A DNA stretch of 64,000 nt. Origin: Raillietiella orientalis (lineage: Eukaryota). Of this stretch, positions 1 through 13,699 are shown piece after piece (the first letter of the stretch is position 1; the number at the start of each line of letters is the position of its first letter). The stretch spans positions 3,782,001-3,846,000 of the forward strand of contig JAYWIR010000010.1 in NCBI GenBank assembly GCA_036172245.1, written 5' to 3'. The translations under genes were made by a program, and so were the position numbers. The notes under the pieces are model-generated. The model saw only the letters and a program-made list of their open reading frames with translations, was not told where the DNA came from and ran no database searches.

Positions 1-249
1 ACCTCCGAGACTCCAAGGGCGCCGTCGCCCAACAAGCACGCGGTCGCACGCACACCGCACCAACGCATCCCCTGGTCTCTGCAACGCGTGACAAAAGAAA
101 ACCAGGTCGCTGGATCGGTCAACAGTCCAGAGTCACCACCGGACTCACGACCCTCCATCGTGTGCGCACTCGTCCTTCCCGGTGGACACCACCCTCCTCC
201 GGAAGCCCCTGCGCTGCGGCGGGCTCTCCTCCAGCACGCCAAGTGGCCT

Positions 250-900
250 CGGCACGGCAGAAACCGTTCTCGGGAGGGGGGGACGGGACGGTGATGGGAA
301 ACAGCCACCGGCAATGAAAGCTTCGCTAGCTTTGCTGCAACTTGGCATGACGCTCCGGACGACCACCAAGCATCTCGACGCAAAGCCGAAGAATCTCCGG
401 AAGAAAGGTCAGCGCGCATCCTCAGCAAAGTCCTCCCGCCAGTTGCCAAGAAGGGGATTCGGGTAACCTTCTAGAGGCATGCTGGCCGATATTGCAGAGA
501 AGCCATCCTGGAAGTCGGCGTTCAACAGGGACTGTTGACGTCTCGGAAGTGGGTTGGTAGGAAGAATGCGGGAGGAGAAAGCAAGTGAGCGGGAGTCAGG
601 GATCCGGAAATGGCATTTCCCGAGCATCAAAAGGATGACTCAGTGATCGAAAGATGACGCGAATGCGCCGAGTCCCACGGTGTAGCGTTTGCAGGAGGCG
701 GCGAAGCAGCAAGCAAAAGCAAAGAGCGCGTGCTGTCTTTGCCACTGGGATCGGATGGACCGGAATACGACGACCGATGTGAGCTCGCAGACCCAAGACG
801 ACAACTCTTGGATCCCACCATGGCGACGCCGACCATGTGGCATCTCCGCAACACAATATCTTATTCTCGAATTAGTCCTCCCAAGTATCCATTGACCGGA
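250..900 (+). mobile_element. Highly degenerate non-LTR reverse transcriptase N-terminal remnant (R2/NeSL-like)
   Basis: Frameshifted motifs appear in the expected order: KKG/EGDSGNL...WPIL (~445-495, cf. KKGDxxxxxNWRPI), PEHQK (~618-632, cf. SPxQKGF) and LQEAAKQQAKAKSACCLCHWD (689-750, cf. LQxxIxxAKxxxxxxxxAWLD). Recognised by eye only. Confidence 0.3.
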
Positions 901-1149
901 AGACTCTTGCGCAGGTCGAATCGATTCGTAAGGTGCGCATAAAGCTTGGAGTCCTTTGCGTTCTGATCATCTGAGAAAGTCAGTCTGTGTGGTTAATCAG
1001 ATTCTCCGCTGTCCGAGGCGGAACTTATAAAAAAAAAAAAATTCAAAAGAAAACACTTTGAAAAAAGGAACCAGTTCTTCAATCACGGATCACTTGTCGT
1101 CCACTTACACCGAAAGATTATTTCGATGCCTCACTGACCATTCATCTCA

Positions 1150-1900
1150 TTTATGTCCACCCTCGAATGGGCAGCAGACGCCCAGCACCACTATTCGATT
1201 TCCTTTCTCATCACTAGGTCGGGTCTTAAGGGGGAGTTTGTTCCTGGAGATCTCTGATTAGTGGACACTAGGGTCGACTTTGCCTGATCCATTGCTGCCA
1301 TGCTAATCATTTCTTGAATCGCGTCATGTCGTGCAGTGGACAGATGAAAGTGCCTCCTGCATCGGTTTAATGGATGAGGCAACGTTTCATCTTCCCTCCG
1401 GCAGCGCCGACATGAGCGTTCCTCTGATTTCATCCTGGGACCGGCCCAGATTGGTAGGACGTTTAGTCGGTCTATGTGGATGAATCCGTAGTCCTGGAAC
1501 CTCAGGCATTCTCCATTAGTGAGGAAGAAGCTTGAGGTGTGGTGCATGCCCACACACTGCATGGCTCTCCCTTGACTGAGGTGCTTTTGAACGAGGGACT
1601 GTCAAGAGTGCTCTCTCTGCAGTGCTCTCATGCCGGAGGTAGTCAAATGGATTCTTCCTGCTGGTCGCCTGCCACTTCTCGGAAACCACCTTTGTCGAAG
1701 GACCGATTTATGTCTCGAGGCCACCATTGAGTATTCTTATTGCTCTGGGGAGCTCCATAATGGTGATGGAAGGTAATCCTTCGGAAACTGGTGCACCTGG
1801 TGCACAACCTCAAGTCACCATAACTTGAGTTCTTTGGGCCAGGGCGAAAATCGCACAGCTTCGTCACCGGTTCCTCGATGCGTTGCGGTTCAGCATACTG
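1150..1900 (-). mobile_element. Degenerate RLE-type non-LTR retrotransposon C-terminus (NeSL/Utopia-like): CCHC knuckle plus restriction-like endonuclease
   Basis: ORF 1191-1562 reads SSFFLTNGECLRFQDYGFIHIDRLNVLP...CRRCRREDETLPHPLNRC...RHDAIQ...LRPDLVM. After a frameshift it continues NRIVVLGVCCPFEG (cf. IIDVTxPFEN). The upstream boundary is uncertain. Confidence 0.75.
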
Positions 1901-2899
1901 TCCTCACGGCCCACATCCACGAGGAATAGCGTGGATCTTGTGTGTCAAAGATAAGTGGTATGGGTAGAATCGGTCACTCGCATCCATGACCGCTGCACCA
2001 GAAATCAAACCATGGTTTCTTCTGGACACGACGAGAGGATCCCACGGATCAAGTAAGGACAAAGGATACCCATGAGCAATGGCTCACTGCTAATTAGCCT
2101 TACTCGAGGTGGAATCCTTGCTCCTCTCGGAGCTAATCAAGGGACACTGTCATCCTTAATCAGGAAGGTGACGTTGCGTTCCTACTTCCGCTGAACCTAC
2201 TGGAAGCACCAGCTGGATCACCGGCCCTGAGCCAACAGCGATTCCTCGTGGGCTGCAGCCCCGGCCGGATGAGGGAACGAAGGGGACAACTATGAAAAGG
2301 GTGTGCATCCCTTTTTTACATGATTTTCGATGAATAAAGGGGAACCAAATTCTTCCTTTTTCCGGAAACTCTTCAGCGGCCCTCATCCACGGAATACGAA
2401 TCGGCTCTCCCAAGGTGCATTGAAGCACTTTAGAAGATGCAACGGGAACAAGGCAGCAAGCCTCTTGGAGAGCAAACAGAGAGAATGAAAACGATGCACA
2501 TTCCAGCTGTTCGTGGCTGGCGACAAAAGGATTCTTCTCGGAAGCTATTAGAGGAACGTTACGGATCAGCCTTCGTGGAATGGAAAGCTGCATGGAGAGC
2601 TTGAGCTCCCGCAGTTTCAGTCACCACACACCTTATCGCATACGCTTAGAAGCAAAACGGTTGCATGCGTGACCACTTTTGAAAACATTCGGAAAGGGAG
2701 TGAAGATTCAAGATCGTGCGCCTAGCTGGAGTAGGCCACATCTTCCTGGACAACAGAAATGTTCAAGAAAACAGAATGATGAAAATCTGCGAGCTGATCG
2801 AATTACCCTCTCAGCTAAAAAAAACAGGGCAGAAACACAGCATCCAACCAGCAAGGTGGCTTAATTACATGATCCTATCCAAACGCAGTCCTCAATCCC

Positions 2900-5000
2900 A
2901 GTCTTGGACAAAGGCTGAAAGAGCAATATGCAAGAGGACGAAGGCCGTGAGAAAGGTAATCAGGTAGTGTGATCAGTTTCGTCTAAACGACGAAGTCAGA
3001 GGAAAATCTATGAACTCTTTGGAGACCTGGAAAGCTGGATGAGATTCGAATACATGGGTCGAACTATACATGTCGAACGATTCGAATTTATGTGACCTAT
3101 CCAAAAATAGTTATTTCTTGAATTTGGAAGATCAAGCATCTTCCTTTAAGAATACATCCTTCCAAACTTAGAGAGAAAATGAGCAATGGATGCGTGATTT
3201 GAACTGGGATGCTGTGCAGGATGAAGATGCTCCATGACTTGAGAGTAGAAATGGTGCTTCACTCAGGAGCGTCTCCTGAACACTGCAAAAGTTTCCTGCA
3301 GTCTATAAGCAAATGTGATCATTATCAAGGAAGCATCGTTTTCATCAGCTCCAAGAGACAATTAAGTACCGGATCATCTTCCTCTTCCCAGATAGCAGAT
3401 TGTTTTAGAGAATAGATACCCTCAAGATCTACCAGATTCTCACTTTTTATTTACATTTATTATTATCCGCTTCAGTTGCGACAACTCTTTCGTTTACGCA
3501 GTTTCCGAATATCAGTGCCATCGCTCTCGTTGCAGTGTGCAAACTAACCAGGCAATGCACGGTGTTTAAAAGAGTAAGGAAAACGAAAGGGGTGAATCCA
3601 AAACGCAGAACTCCGAAACGCACAGGAACATAGCCTTGGAAAAAGAAATAAATATTTCTCACAAATGAAGAAAAGAACAGAAACAGGTGCTTGGTCCGGA
3701 GCAAAAAAACGACAGCGTGTAATCTGAAACCAGTGCTCACTTTGGAATCCAGATCGCAGAGAACTACTTACCGAAGAAAAAAAGCCATAAACAAATCAAC
3801 CGCATCATCACAACAGTATCCAGTTGATGAAATAGTTCAGCTCTCATTTGCTTGGAGCCTTTGGGAATTGGCGACTAGAGATTTTCCGAAGGAGGCTGCT
3901 GAGATTCTCAAAGACTGCTCTGAACGTAGGGGCGATGGTAAGTCTAATTAAACGCTCACATCGTCATGGTATGAAAGATATAGCAAACACAAGATGTGTA
4001 CTTCCTGTCAGTGATAGCAGTGCAATCCAGATGAAAGGAATCTCCACGCCTCTTATTTTTAACAATCAATGAAAGTGGAGACTTTGAAGGCATAATAACC
4101 AGGAGATGATTTCCCAGAGGACGCAGGAGACGCCGGAGCTAACGGTGATCGCTGACAGAGTTTATGCGATTCCAGCTATTCTGAGGCAAAATAAACCAGA
4201 TGAAAACTTCCAAGTAACCAAGCGTGCGTTTCTTCTGCTTGTTTAGAGAGAGACGATGCTGTGGCTCCGGAGCGACAGATTCAGAACTTTTGAAATGAGA
4301 AGTTTTTCTAGGAAAGCGCTCTTCCATCTCCGAATGGAATCCCCTAGATTAAATCTTAAGAGGTTGGAGATCCGTCTTCGTTTCGTAAGGTGAAGTTTAC
4401 AAGAAAAATCCAAGAGTTGCGTGTTCCGTATAGAACGTCATGTAAAAGCGATCAGCAGCAAGCTAAGCGAAAAAACTATATATACATTCCATCTCATCAG
4501 TGAACTCGGAAATGGACCTGATGCAGAAGCGGCATTCAGTTTGAAATGCTTCTTGATTTTTATTGACGGAAGGAAAAGAAACAAGACTTCTTTTACAAGA
4601 ATTGAGGAGAATGCAAGCCGGAACGGAGAATCAAACATGGAGTAGAATGGTGAAGGACAGGACACTGTGAACTGCATTATAGATCCAAGGAAACTTGCAA
4701 GACGCTGAAAGTCATCCTAGGAGGAAGATGTAGAAAAAAGACATCTCACAATCGTTCTTTTCTTAGATATCGATCTGCATGACTTCCGAAAGTTGGATGA
4801 GAGTCTGTAACACCGACAGCCCTCTTCCCGGTACAATGCTCTCAGAAACCGGGAAGACGAAACCTATTGGTCCAATCTGATGTAATATCAGTAACCCAAA
4901 TGTGGTGTTTCATATCGCAAAGCGACTGACCTCTTCTCTATAATTCTTCGTTACTAGAGACCGCATAGGTACTGCTTCACACTTTCCACTACTAACTGAG
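2900..5000 (+). mobile_element. Very decayed APE-type LINE remnant
   Basis: Scattered motifs PDHLPL (~3369, cf. SDHxP), GPDA (~4514) and VLFLDID (~4754) in EN-to-RT order, with many stops. Confidence 0.25.
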
Positions 5001-5899
5001 GAATTGGGAAACGCTCTCTTGTGGAATCACAGAAAGGAAGAAAGAGGGAAGGAGGACCGTAGCCAACTCATAACCACTGTGCCTCCAAGAAGATCCTGCT
5101 TTATCGATGTCTTCTTCGCAATACAGGATGGGGAAACTAACTGTTTAAAATACATTTCGAAGCTAACCAACACTCTAGCCTCTCTAGTGAATCCATGATA
5201 GGAAGGACACTATTTGATGAGCTTTGCTCGTGAGCAATTTGTCATTATCATAGAAGAGCTGCAGGTTGCATCTGCTCTTCCGAATGAGAAAATGCTCTCT
5301 CGGTTCCAGGAGGAGTTGGAAGTGCGGCTGATGTCACTCCATCGTCCTCCAGATCATTAAAGAGTTATGGCAGTAGACAGCACCTAAAGTTCTCGTTCTG
5401 AAGATAAAGTCGGCTATGGCGTTCGCAAGAAAGCTTAAAACTCCCTGCTTCTGGAAATCAAAAGTCGACAAATGTGGAAGCTCCGGAACAATATGGAAGA
5501 CAAGGAAACCACAAAAAGAAAATGTGGCATGAGATAGGAAACGAGCTTTGAGCTGAAGGGAACCTCACGGTAGTCTTAGACAACGAGATGTCTTGATGAC
5601 AAAAGAAATTCTCTTCATGTTTCTCGAACACGAAACATCCTCCGAATGTTGTCAAAACAACGGGAAGCAGGATGGATGAAGAAGGCATGAAACTCGTTTA
5701 GACGGTTATGCCATTATCCGAAAAGCTAGGAACACTGGTAGGAAATGGCATCTACGCTTTAATTCCAAATCGTGTAAAGGAATAGTTTCTAAACACTGAC
5801 GTCTGGAGCACAGAGAAGAGTTGCTCTTCATGACGCTGACTCCCAAACGTTCAATTCAGTCTTCGCCTCCACCCTTCGAAACTTGGGATTTTTCTCGTC

Positions 5900-6700
5900 T
5901 CTGTAAAGAAGGTCCAAAAGATCTTCCCCGAACCAATCCTCTTTGTTCTTTGCTTAGGGAGTCGGCTCACTTAAGCACTCTGTTATTCAAAATTCCGCGC
6001 GAACTATTTGGGTCATTGTCATTACTCTGGATGTGTAACTGACGATCCATCTCTCCACATGCAGACAGACATTCGTTAGAGGTTTTCTCATAGGTCCAAA
6101 TGAAACTCCTGACTCTTCCTCGTCCATGTTCCTCTCGTGCGGTTCTCCTTTTCTTTCTTTGGACCTTTCTTTGATGCACTCAACCCAGCTGCTCTCAGAC
6201 GTTTCTCCTTCGTTTCTAACTCAGGAAGCTTCGGTACAGAGAACTTCGGCGGCATCCGCCCCGTAATGAAGCATCTCATTGCATTGGAAATCATTGGTAG
6301 TTTTATCGGCTTTCACCTCGATGATCCCAGTCTCTTCCTATCTCTCTCCGACCCGTAATCTCCGTAGAGGCTTGATAGCATGCTGAACTAGACTACCTCC
6401 TCGTTCTTTTCTGCCCGGTGACTTGCGACGGCTTTCGTTCTTACGTTTCCACCCTTCTCCAGAAATTTCGATTCTCTTCCTACATCTGTTGCTGAGGCAG
6501 TTCTCTTTCATGTCATTTGCGCTACAAAGCTTTGGAGACATTCTCCCTTCACTGATGAAGGGCTCATTGATCAGGACAGTGCAAACTTCCGAAGTTGACC
6601 ATTGGTTTGCATTTGGAGACCGGTGGGTTTGCCTGTTCGCGTTTTCCTGATCCCCTGATGTCTCAGGAACTCTTGAACTTTTTTGCATTCAGCTCGAGAT
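5900..6700 (-). mobile_element. RTE-like LINE endonuclease remnant
   Basis: ORF 6338-6688 contains QTHRSPNANQWSTSEVCTVLINEPF, resembling RTE TWxSPxxxxxNQIDYVLIxxRF. Confidence 0.35.
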
Positions 6701-9127
6701 AACAAACGCAACCAACTCCTGCAATCACAATCTCTCAGTCGCATCTGTCCTCAATCAAAGATGCTCCCTTTGATTTTGAATTCCACCAAGAAACTTTATC
6801 TTCAGCTTTGCTTTGCTGTCGTTGCAGTGTCCATCGCAATGTGCTTTCTGTTTCTCTCATTCACATCGATGTCTTCATCGTTATTACTGTGATCATGACT
6901 GTACTGCTATCATCATTATAATTCCTTGTGAATACTCTCGTAATTGTTTTTTTTTTTTTTTTTTTTCCTTTGATTTCATGATTACAATATTCGTCGTTGC
7001 GACGTCGTTGCTTAATTGAAACTACAGCCATGGCTGTTGGAAAATGCATTCAGATTCGGTGGCCGCCCTTTCATTTGATTTGTAATTATCCTGATAAGAT
7101 TGTTTCTTTCATCGCGGAATGAAAAAGAAAATATGATACATATTCTGTGTATTTATCATTGAAATTGTTCATATATTATGGTGTCTTTTTATATCAAAAA
7201 TGTGTAAGTGAAAACCTTTGCAACATCAAAATGAAGTACTGTGGATATCTGGGAGCAAACTTTCTGGAGAAGAGGCCGGAGAATTGACAAAGCCCGGTAG
7301 AAGCGCGAAAAACAACATCTCTGGAATGCATCTTTTCTCATTGTCTCAGTCCATTTACCAGTAAGTTCTTATTTTCAACTCATAAAAACTTCAAGCTCAA
7401 GGACGAAGCGGAATTTACCAGCTGTTTCAACCAAAGAAATTGTATATTGGAAGAAATTCAGGAGCAATGCACGCATCCATATCGGTTGTCCAACTCCGTT
7501 TTTCCTTTATCCTCGATTCACATCAACAGCTGCTTGGAATCAATCAGCAACTGATGATCTCTTGCTTTCGTGCACACGGCATTCGTATTACAAAGGTAAA
7601 AAAAAAAGACCGTTTTCAGTCCTGCGTGAAACTTTACCAGATCAGGAGAAAAATGTACTGTATAGGATGAAATTTTTCAGATCCTTTTTATCCAGAAGAG
7701 CTCACGAGTTCACGGAAACTCACATATTCCTGACATGAAACCAGCATCCGCCTTGTGAAGGGATTCCATACAAAGCTAAGTACATGTGTACACTTGTGTA
7801 TGTACTAAAGTTGTTTCACATTAAAAGGAAAGAAAAAAAACCTATAAAACAGTACACTACTCAGATACACTGCACAACTGCTTTTAAGAGGAGGATGTTT
7901 AGTGTCCGCTGCAGTTTAGTGTTTTTCGCGGAGTCGGAATGACACGTCGAGCACAGTTGCGTGAAAAAGAAAATTCTCTCATTTGCAGTATAGAATGGAG
8001 CAAATGGAGCAAACTGTATGAGTAATGGCAAACTGGTGAGTTTCGTGTAATGGAACCATACGAGGTCACAGTTTACTAGATACTCGTGAACATAGGGCCA
8101 GATTTAAGTACTCCCTTGAATGAAAGTAGGCACAAACAGTGAAAATAGATGCTTGGTGAACTCAGGCACTCGAACTGATGATAATAAACAGCGAACTACT
8201 TGTCGGATGTAAAACCCAAATGAAATGAAATGTAAGAAGCAAGAGGGCTGTCTTCTAAAATATCGTAACCTGTAATCAGGATAGAGGTGCTTTTCCATGA
8301 ATATATTCAGTTGGTAGAATATCAAGATCAAGTGATCGTTTTGTCTTCTCCTTTTTCTTTTTGCACTGAGGTCATCATATCATTTCTGCATGCTGCTTCT
8401 AGAACAGTGCGGTTAGCAAAGAACGCAATCGCAATTTTTCCAAGAAACTATTAAAAAACGCTTCCAGAGAAGCAGAAAACGTGCTTTTCGGCGCCTCGGT
8501 TTCAATTTTAATTCCGGGAAGGGTCAAACTGAGAAAACTGTCACCTCTCCCCCTCTCTACAAGAGCCATCGCTCTGGTTGAGGATACCCAGCTTCCATCT
8601 AACAGCAGGGGCTTACAGGTTTTTTGAATCAGCCGAAAACCTGAAGTGCAATAAAAATCCAAGAGTCTCCGATTACTTGATCGGCTCCGAGACTGGTTGC
8701 TTCAATTACGTCTCCATATCTACGAAGATCTTCGTTCCCATATGTATGAAGTCATCGTGCTCTGTTGGCATAGATTTTATGGTTAAAGCCCACAATGACA
8801 TTGCGCATTTCCCAGTACTTCCGAAATAGATAGGAGAGGCTGCATTCTAAAAGCAAAATTCCTTGTCTATCTCACTGAGTTCTCGGTATAGAAAGAAAGA
8901 GAAAAAACGAATCGAGCCTATTGAATAGATGCTAATCGTTGTCATGACTATCACGAAATTACTTACTCCATGTGCTGAATGGTTGAAATATCTCCCTGCA
9001 TTTACTTCAGAGAATGTTCATCGAGAGGATGTTTTTCTAACGGAACTCAGATGCTTTCTTTCAAGACATTAAACTGCCGCAGCCCGCATATTTGCAAGCT
9101 CTTGCACGAAACTGTGAGGAAATGATA

Positions 9128-9690
9128 CACCGTAAAATCTCGCGTAGAGTACGCACAACCTTTCCTCAGTCCAAGCTCGCTAAAATCGGGGTGCGTACTG
9201 TACACGAGTACAAAAGTTTCCTCATTTTCAGTGTGCACGAGGAGCTGTACACATCAGTGCGACCATCTGCCCTGCGCGCTAGAGGGTCGCCCGCGACCGG
9301 TTCCGATTTCCCCTCTACTGCGTGCAGTCTTAGAAATCTGGTAGAATGTGATGGCAGCATACGTTGCAAATGGACGCTGCCATCACCAAAGCAGCGCATT
9401 TTTCCGTTAAGAGTTGAAATTTTGTAGATTTTCTAATGATAATTAAGTTTTTACTTGTATCATTAATAAATCATGATAACGCAAATAAATTTAGAGAAGA
9501 GGAAGTCCGATTAGAGAAGAAGAAAAGAAGACGCCGAAATTTTGTTCGTATTTTATGAAATTTAAAATGAAATTTCGAAAATCATGGGTGCGTATTGTAC
9601 AGGGATTTTCATTTTTTTTCAGAAACTTTAGGCCGAAATCCCAGGTGCGTACTGTGCACGAGTGGGTGTTATGCGTGAGATGCTACGGTG
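9128..9690. mobile_element. Non-autonomous pogo/Tigger-like DNA transposon (MITE), about 560 bp
   Basis: Imperfect terminal inverted repeats CACCGTAAAATCTCGCGTA (9128-9146) and TATGCGTGAGATGCTACGGTG (9670-9690). Subterminal repeats of GGTGCGTACTGTACACGAGT-like sequence at ~9190, ~9587 and ~9644. No transposase ORF. Confidence 0.65.
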
Positions 9691-10099
9691 GTCGGAAATC
9701 ACACTGTCAAAGGGAGCAAATTTCCGCAAAATGCTCGTACCGAATAGGAACACTAAAATGACCAATAATCCCCTCAGTGTTTAATTGCAATCATCCCTTG
9801 CTTGATTATCCTTGCTGTTGATCCAGAATTACTCCGGCTATTTGTTGATTTTGCCATACAGAAAGCACAGCGTGTAAGTACAATGAAAAAAAGGAATCAA
9901 AGAACAGACCATTCCATACCAAGAACTTGGAAGTAAAACCGTTCTTTGAACTACTGATTTGCATTTCAATCCTACCAATGTGATTATTAGGAACTAAGGG
10001 ATGCACCAGCGTGGTCCACGGAACGCAGAAACTGTGGCTCCGACGCGAACATGGAGGACAGTGGTTCTGATTCGGCCTTCACCTCGTTGGGATACAGAA

Positions 10100-10330
10100 A
10101 GATCCATAAGTTGGCGTAGCGTTACTTCACGTGTATGGACCAACTGAGCATCCCTGATGCCATTTGCGAACGTACAGAGCTGTCTGAAATCTTCCAGGCG
10201 AGATGCTTTCGTGAAATTCTTCTCCTCCTCTGGAGCAAAGCAAGGCAAATGAGAAACGAGCGCAAGGAGCCACTTGAACAGGGCGTTTCTTTCAAAACCA
10301 CTTCGCAGATCTCCACTCCAGAGTGAATTT
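10100..10330 (+). mobile_element. RTE-like LINE RT C-terminal remnant
   Basis: ORF 10135-10326 contains ELSEIFQARCFREILLLLWSKARQMRNE, resembling RTE LExFxxRCLRxILxIxWxDRxRNEEV. Confidence 0.45.
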
Positions 10331-11851
10331 AATATTCTGAAACATGCGCTCAATGTATTTCATAGAATGCCTTTTGTAAAATTAAAAAGGGAAAACTAGA
10401 AGAAATTAAAAAGAGCAAATCAAAATAAAGTAAATAAATTAATTTACAAAGGCGAAATAATTTCGCACTTCTCGGAGGCTATTATAGGGTGTAGCTGCAA
10501 TAAGACACAAAACAGATTAAAGAGGAAAGGGAAAAAAAGGCAGTTCCATAGTGAATCAGGTAGCGACTCCCTCACTGCTTTTCGCTATTCTTTTGAATTT
10601 ATTACGTATTCCAACTGCACAAGAGTTTTCACCACCAAGACGGACTTTTCTTTTCCCTTCACACTGCATAAGCCTTTCGCTGACATTTCACGTCTGAAAT
10701 CTTGATGTCTCAGGATCAGGTTTGGACAGTAAGGAAACTCCTTGTCTTATTTTCTTCCTTCGGTTGCTTACTTTATTTTTGTTAGACTATTAGGCAGACT
10801 GGGTAGAGAAATTTCCTCATTCCATCATTAGAATTCATGAAATTCAATCTCTCGGGTTCGCTGGAGCCGCTTAATTTCAATCGCAAAGATGACCTTGCTT
10901 TCACTAAGCATGAAAATACTCAATTGTAATTGATAACGAGGGGTCACGGATCAAACGAGCAGCATCAAAGTTAATGCTAAATAAAATGTTAGGAAATGGA
11001 AAGAAGCCTGACTTCTGGAACGAGGCTGACTACTCTGTGGACATGCTTGTGCCTCCAGTCTAAGAATGCCAAATGCTGCCCAGGGTCATCTTTCCAGCTG
11101 ACACAGAATGTATCCTTGTGGCTGATGCTTTTCTATTCTGTCTCCTAGAAATCTCACAAAACACCAGGTGGTCACATCTGTTAATAAATACAGATTTAAA
11201 ACTCATGCATTAATCTCGTGATAGGCACTGACGTAGTCGATTAGGCAAACTCATGAGTGATAGGCCAAACTGCAATTTTTAACCAGGAAGAAAATTTCCT
11301 GTTCCTAGTGGCAAACATCTGCATTTCATGTGCAGCAGTCGGGTGTAATAAGAAAGAATAGCTATTATTCTTATAATGTTCTTTACATCATGTATATGAA
11401 AACAAGCTGAGGACAGGACGAAAGCTTGCGATATACTCCATAACCAGCAATATGTAATGTGTGTCCCCTCTGTGTCCTTGAATGTGAATCCTGTGCTAAT
11501 AGGTATTTCTTATTCAATGTTAGCTTGGATCGCATTGATTATACTGTTAGATTGATGGCACTCATATCAACATAAAGAACGGAACTGATGCTGCACTTGC
11601 AAATTTAGATAAACTGTGATTAAACTAAAGGCAGATAAAGCAACGGCAGATCCGGATCCCATAAAAACCGTCTCAAGATTCTTATGAGTCCCTTTTCAGA
11701 GCTTCATCCATCCTGAACTTTCTATAAACTGGAGGCTGTTGGAAAAATGTCCTTGGAATTGTTGATTTCTTTCGCTCGACGAGAAAGCTAGGCAGTTTTA
11801 AAAATCCCAGTACTGATCCTGATTCTGAAGAGAAAATGATTATTTTATGTT

Positions 11852-11877
11852 TTGTTGTTGTTGTTGTTGTTGTTGTT
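11852..11877. repeat. (GTT)n microsatellite, possibly a (CAA)n LINE tail on the minus strand
   Basis: About 8 perfect GTT units are directly visible. Confidence 0.9.
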
Positions 11878-13228
11878 CCTACTGTCATGCAGTTGTCAAC
11901 TGAGAGTCACTCATGTAGGATTGTGCAACTCTTGACGCTAATCAGTGCCTTCTCTTAAGGAGGACGAATATCTCATAGAAGGTGGGTCATCTTGCGTCCT
12001 CATAATGCTGTGCAATATTTGCAAGGTGACTAAAAGCAAAGAGTGATGTTTGATTTTTGATCATGTATAAGAATCTTCGGAGCCTTGCAAACAGACGTAC
12101 ACTCAGCAAGGATGGACCATTTTGAACTCAGAATTACACAAGCAGGTTCCGCGGATGAAACGTCATAGGGAATACCTTGGTTCATCTATGAAGGAGTTCT
12201 GCACCAGGTTTGAAGACGGAAAAAACTAAATTCTGAATTTTTTTTGTTTTTTTTTCGTGAGCTCATTCATGGGAAAGGTGATTAATAATTCCATTTCCCA
12301 AAATCTCCATGTTGTCCACATCTATCGTGAAACTTCAAGAAACAAAGATCCTCGATGAAGCAGAATCAAAACAGAGTATTCATGGCAAGTCCCAAGAACG
12401 GAAGAAAAAATAAGTCTCAGCTTCCACCTTTCCACCTTGTGGAATTTTCTATATTCTTCGTAAAAGCTAGTTCGGATAGAACTTCGTAAAATAGAAAAGG
12501 CAGGCATTCCTTACAACTGAACGCCCAACCGTACTCTTTCAAGTAGCTCCTGCACAGATAGCTTAGCGATCATGTTTCTAAATAGAAGTACACAAAGAAA
12601 AGTATATCTTCAAACTCCAGAAATAGCTAAGGACGAGGAAACCAAGATGATCTCAATATTTTAGATTTTTTCATCATTCTGACCGTTCATTTGACAGACG
12701 ATTAGCTCTCTGATTAGAAGGACGATATTTATATGAAGCAGTCAAGACAAGATAAAAACTTAGCTGCATTTCCTATGAGCTCTCGTTTTTATAAAATACT
12801 GAAATAAAAAAGGATTGCATAAAACGTCCGCATGCTTTCTTAAGGCTTAATATGTAATGTCAGGCAAGAAACCGAGCATTCCCTGCTCGTGTTCATGTGT
12901 TTACATTTCGTCCCAATGTTTTTACCAAAAACATTTCAGAATCGTAGATACAAAATGGCAGAAATGCGTGACGAATTCATGTTTTAAGCCTTCTGTGCAA
13001 ATCTCACGAGCCCATGTTCCTGTAAACTCTTTACCGTAAAGTGAGCTCTACCTAAATTTCAGTATATCAGCATCACATTGAATTTTGCCTAAACCAGGCC
13101 AGTTTTTCCTTAGCTGCCATCTAAATAAAGGATGGTTCTTAAAAGACGATGAATACCTTGATCTTTCACTGAAAAAAGATTTACCATTGCTAACGCGAAA
13201 TGGCACCATTGAAATGGAAAACAGGCAT

Positions 13229-13270
<42 letters not shown>
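13229..13270. repeat. Compound (AC)n(AT)n microsatellite
   Basis: Directly visible. Confidence 0.95.
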
Positions 13271-13699
13271 GAAAGACTGGGGACAGTGTTAGAACATTGT
13301 AACGCCATAATGACTGTGGAACTTTTGCTTGCCGTGGTGGACGTCTCCGTAGAATAAATGCCTGATTCTTACATAACAGAACAGAAGTAGATGCTCTGAC
13401 TGTTCTAGCAAGAGCCGTTTTTCTGATAAGGCAGGATCCAATGATTGATAGAATTTGATTATTCTCTGTGATGATAAAGCACCGTCACTCCTGTCTCTTG
13501 ACTACCACTCGTCACACAGTCTCTGTCTAAAATCCGCAGATTTGTTCCTACTTTCTCAGAAGAGATGAATCCCTTTCTTCGAAATCAAATGAAACTTTGT
13601 TGTTCCTGAAGGACGAGTGAGAACAAAATTATGTTGCCTAACAGAAAGGTTTGAAGTGCGGCAAAGAAGAAACGTTTTAGCGAACCCGGAGGGAAAAAT

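Noticed and set aside
250..1900. Twin-priming 5' inversion of one retrotransposon
   Set aside because: The inverted RT piece lies beyond the 3' end of the RLE fragment, which is the wrong side for twin priming.
8399..8830. RT remnant
   Set aside because: Weak motif resemblances fall on opposite strands, so no consistent call is possible.
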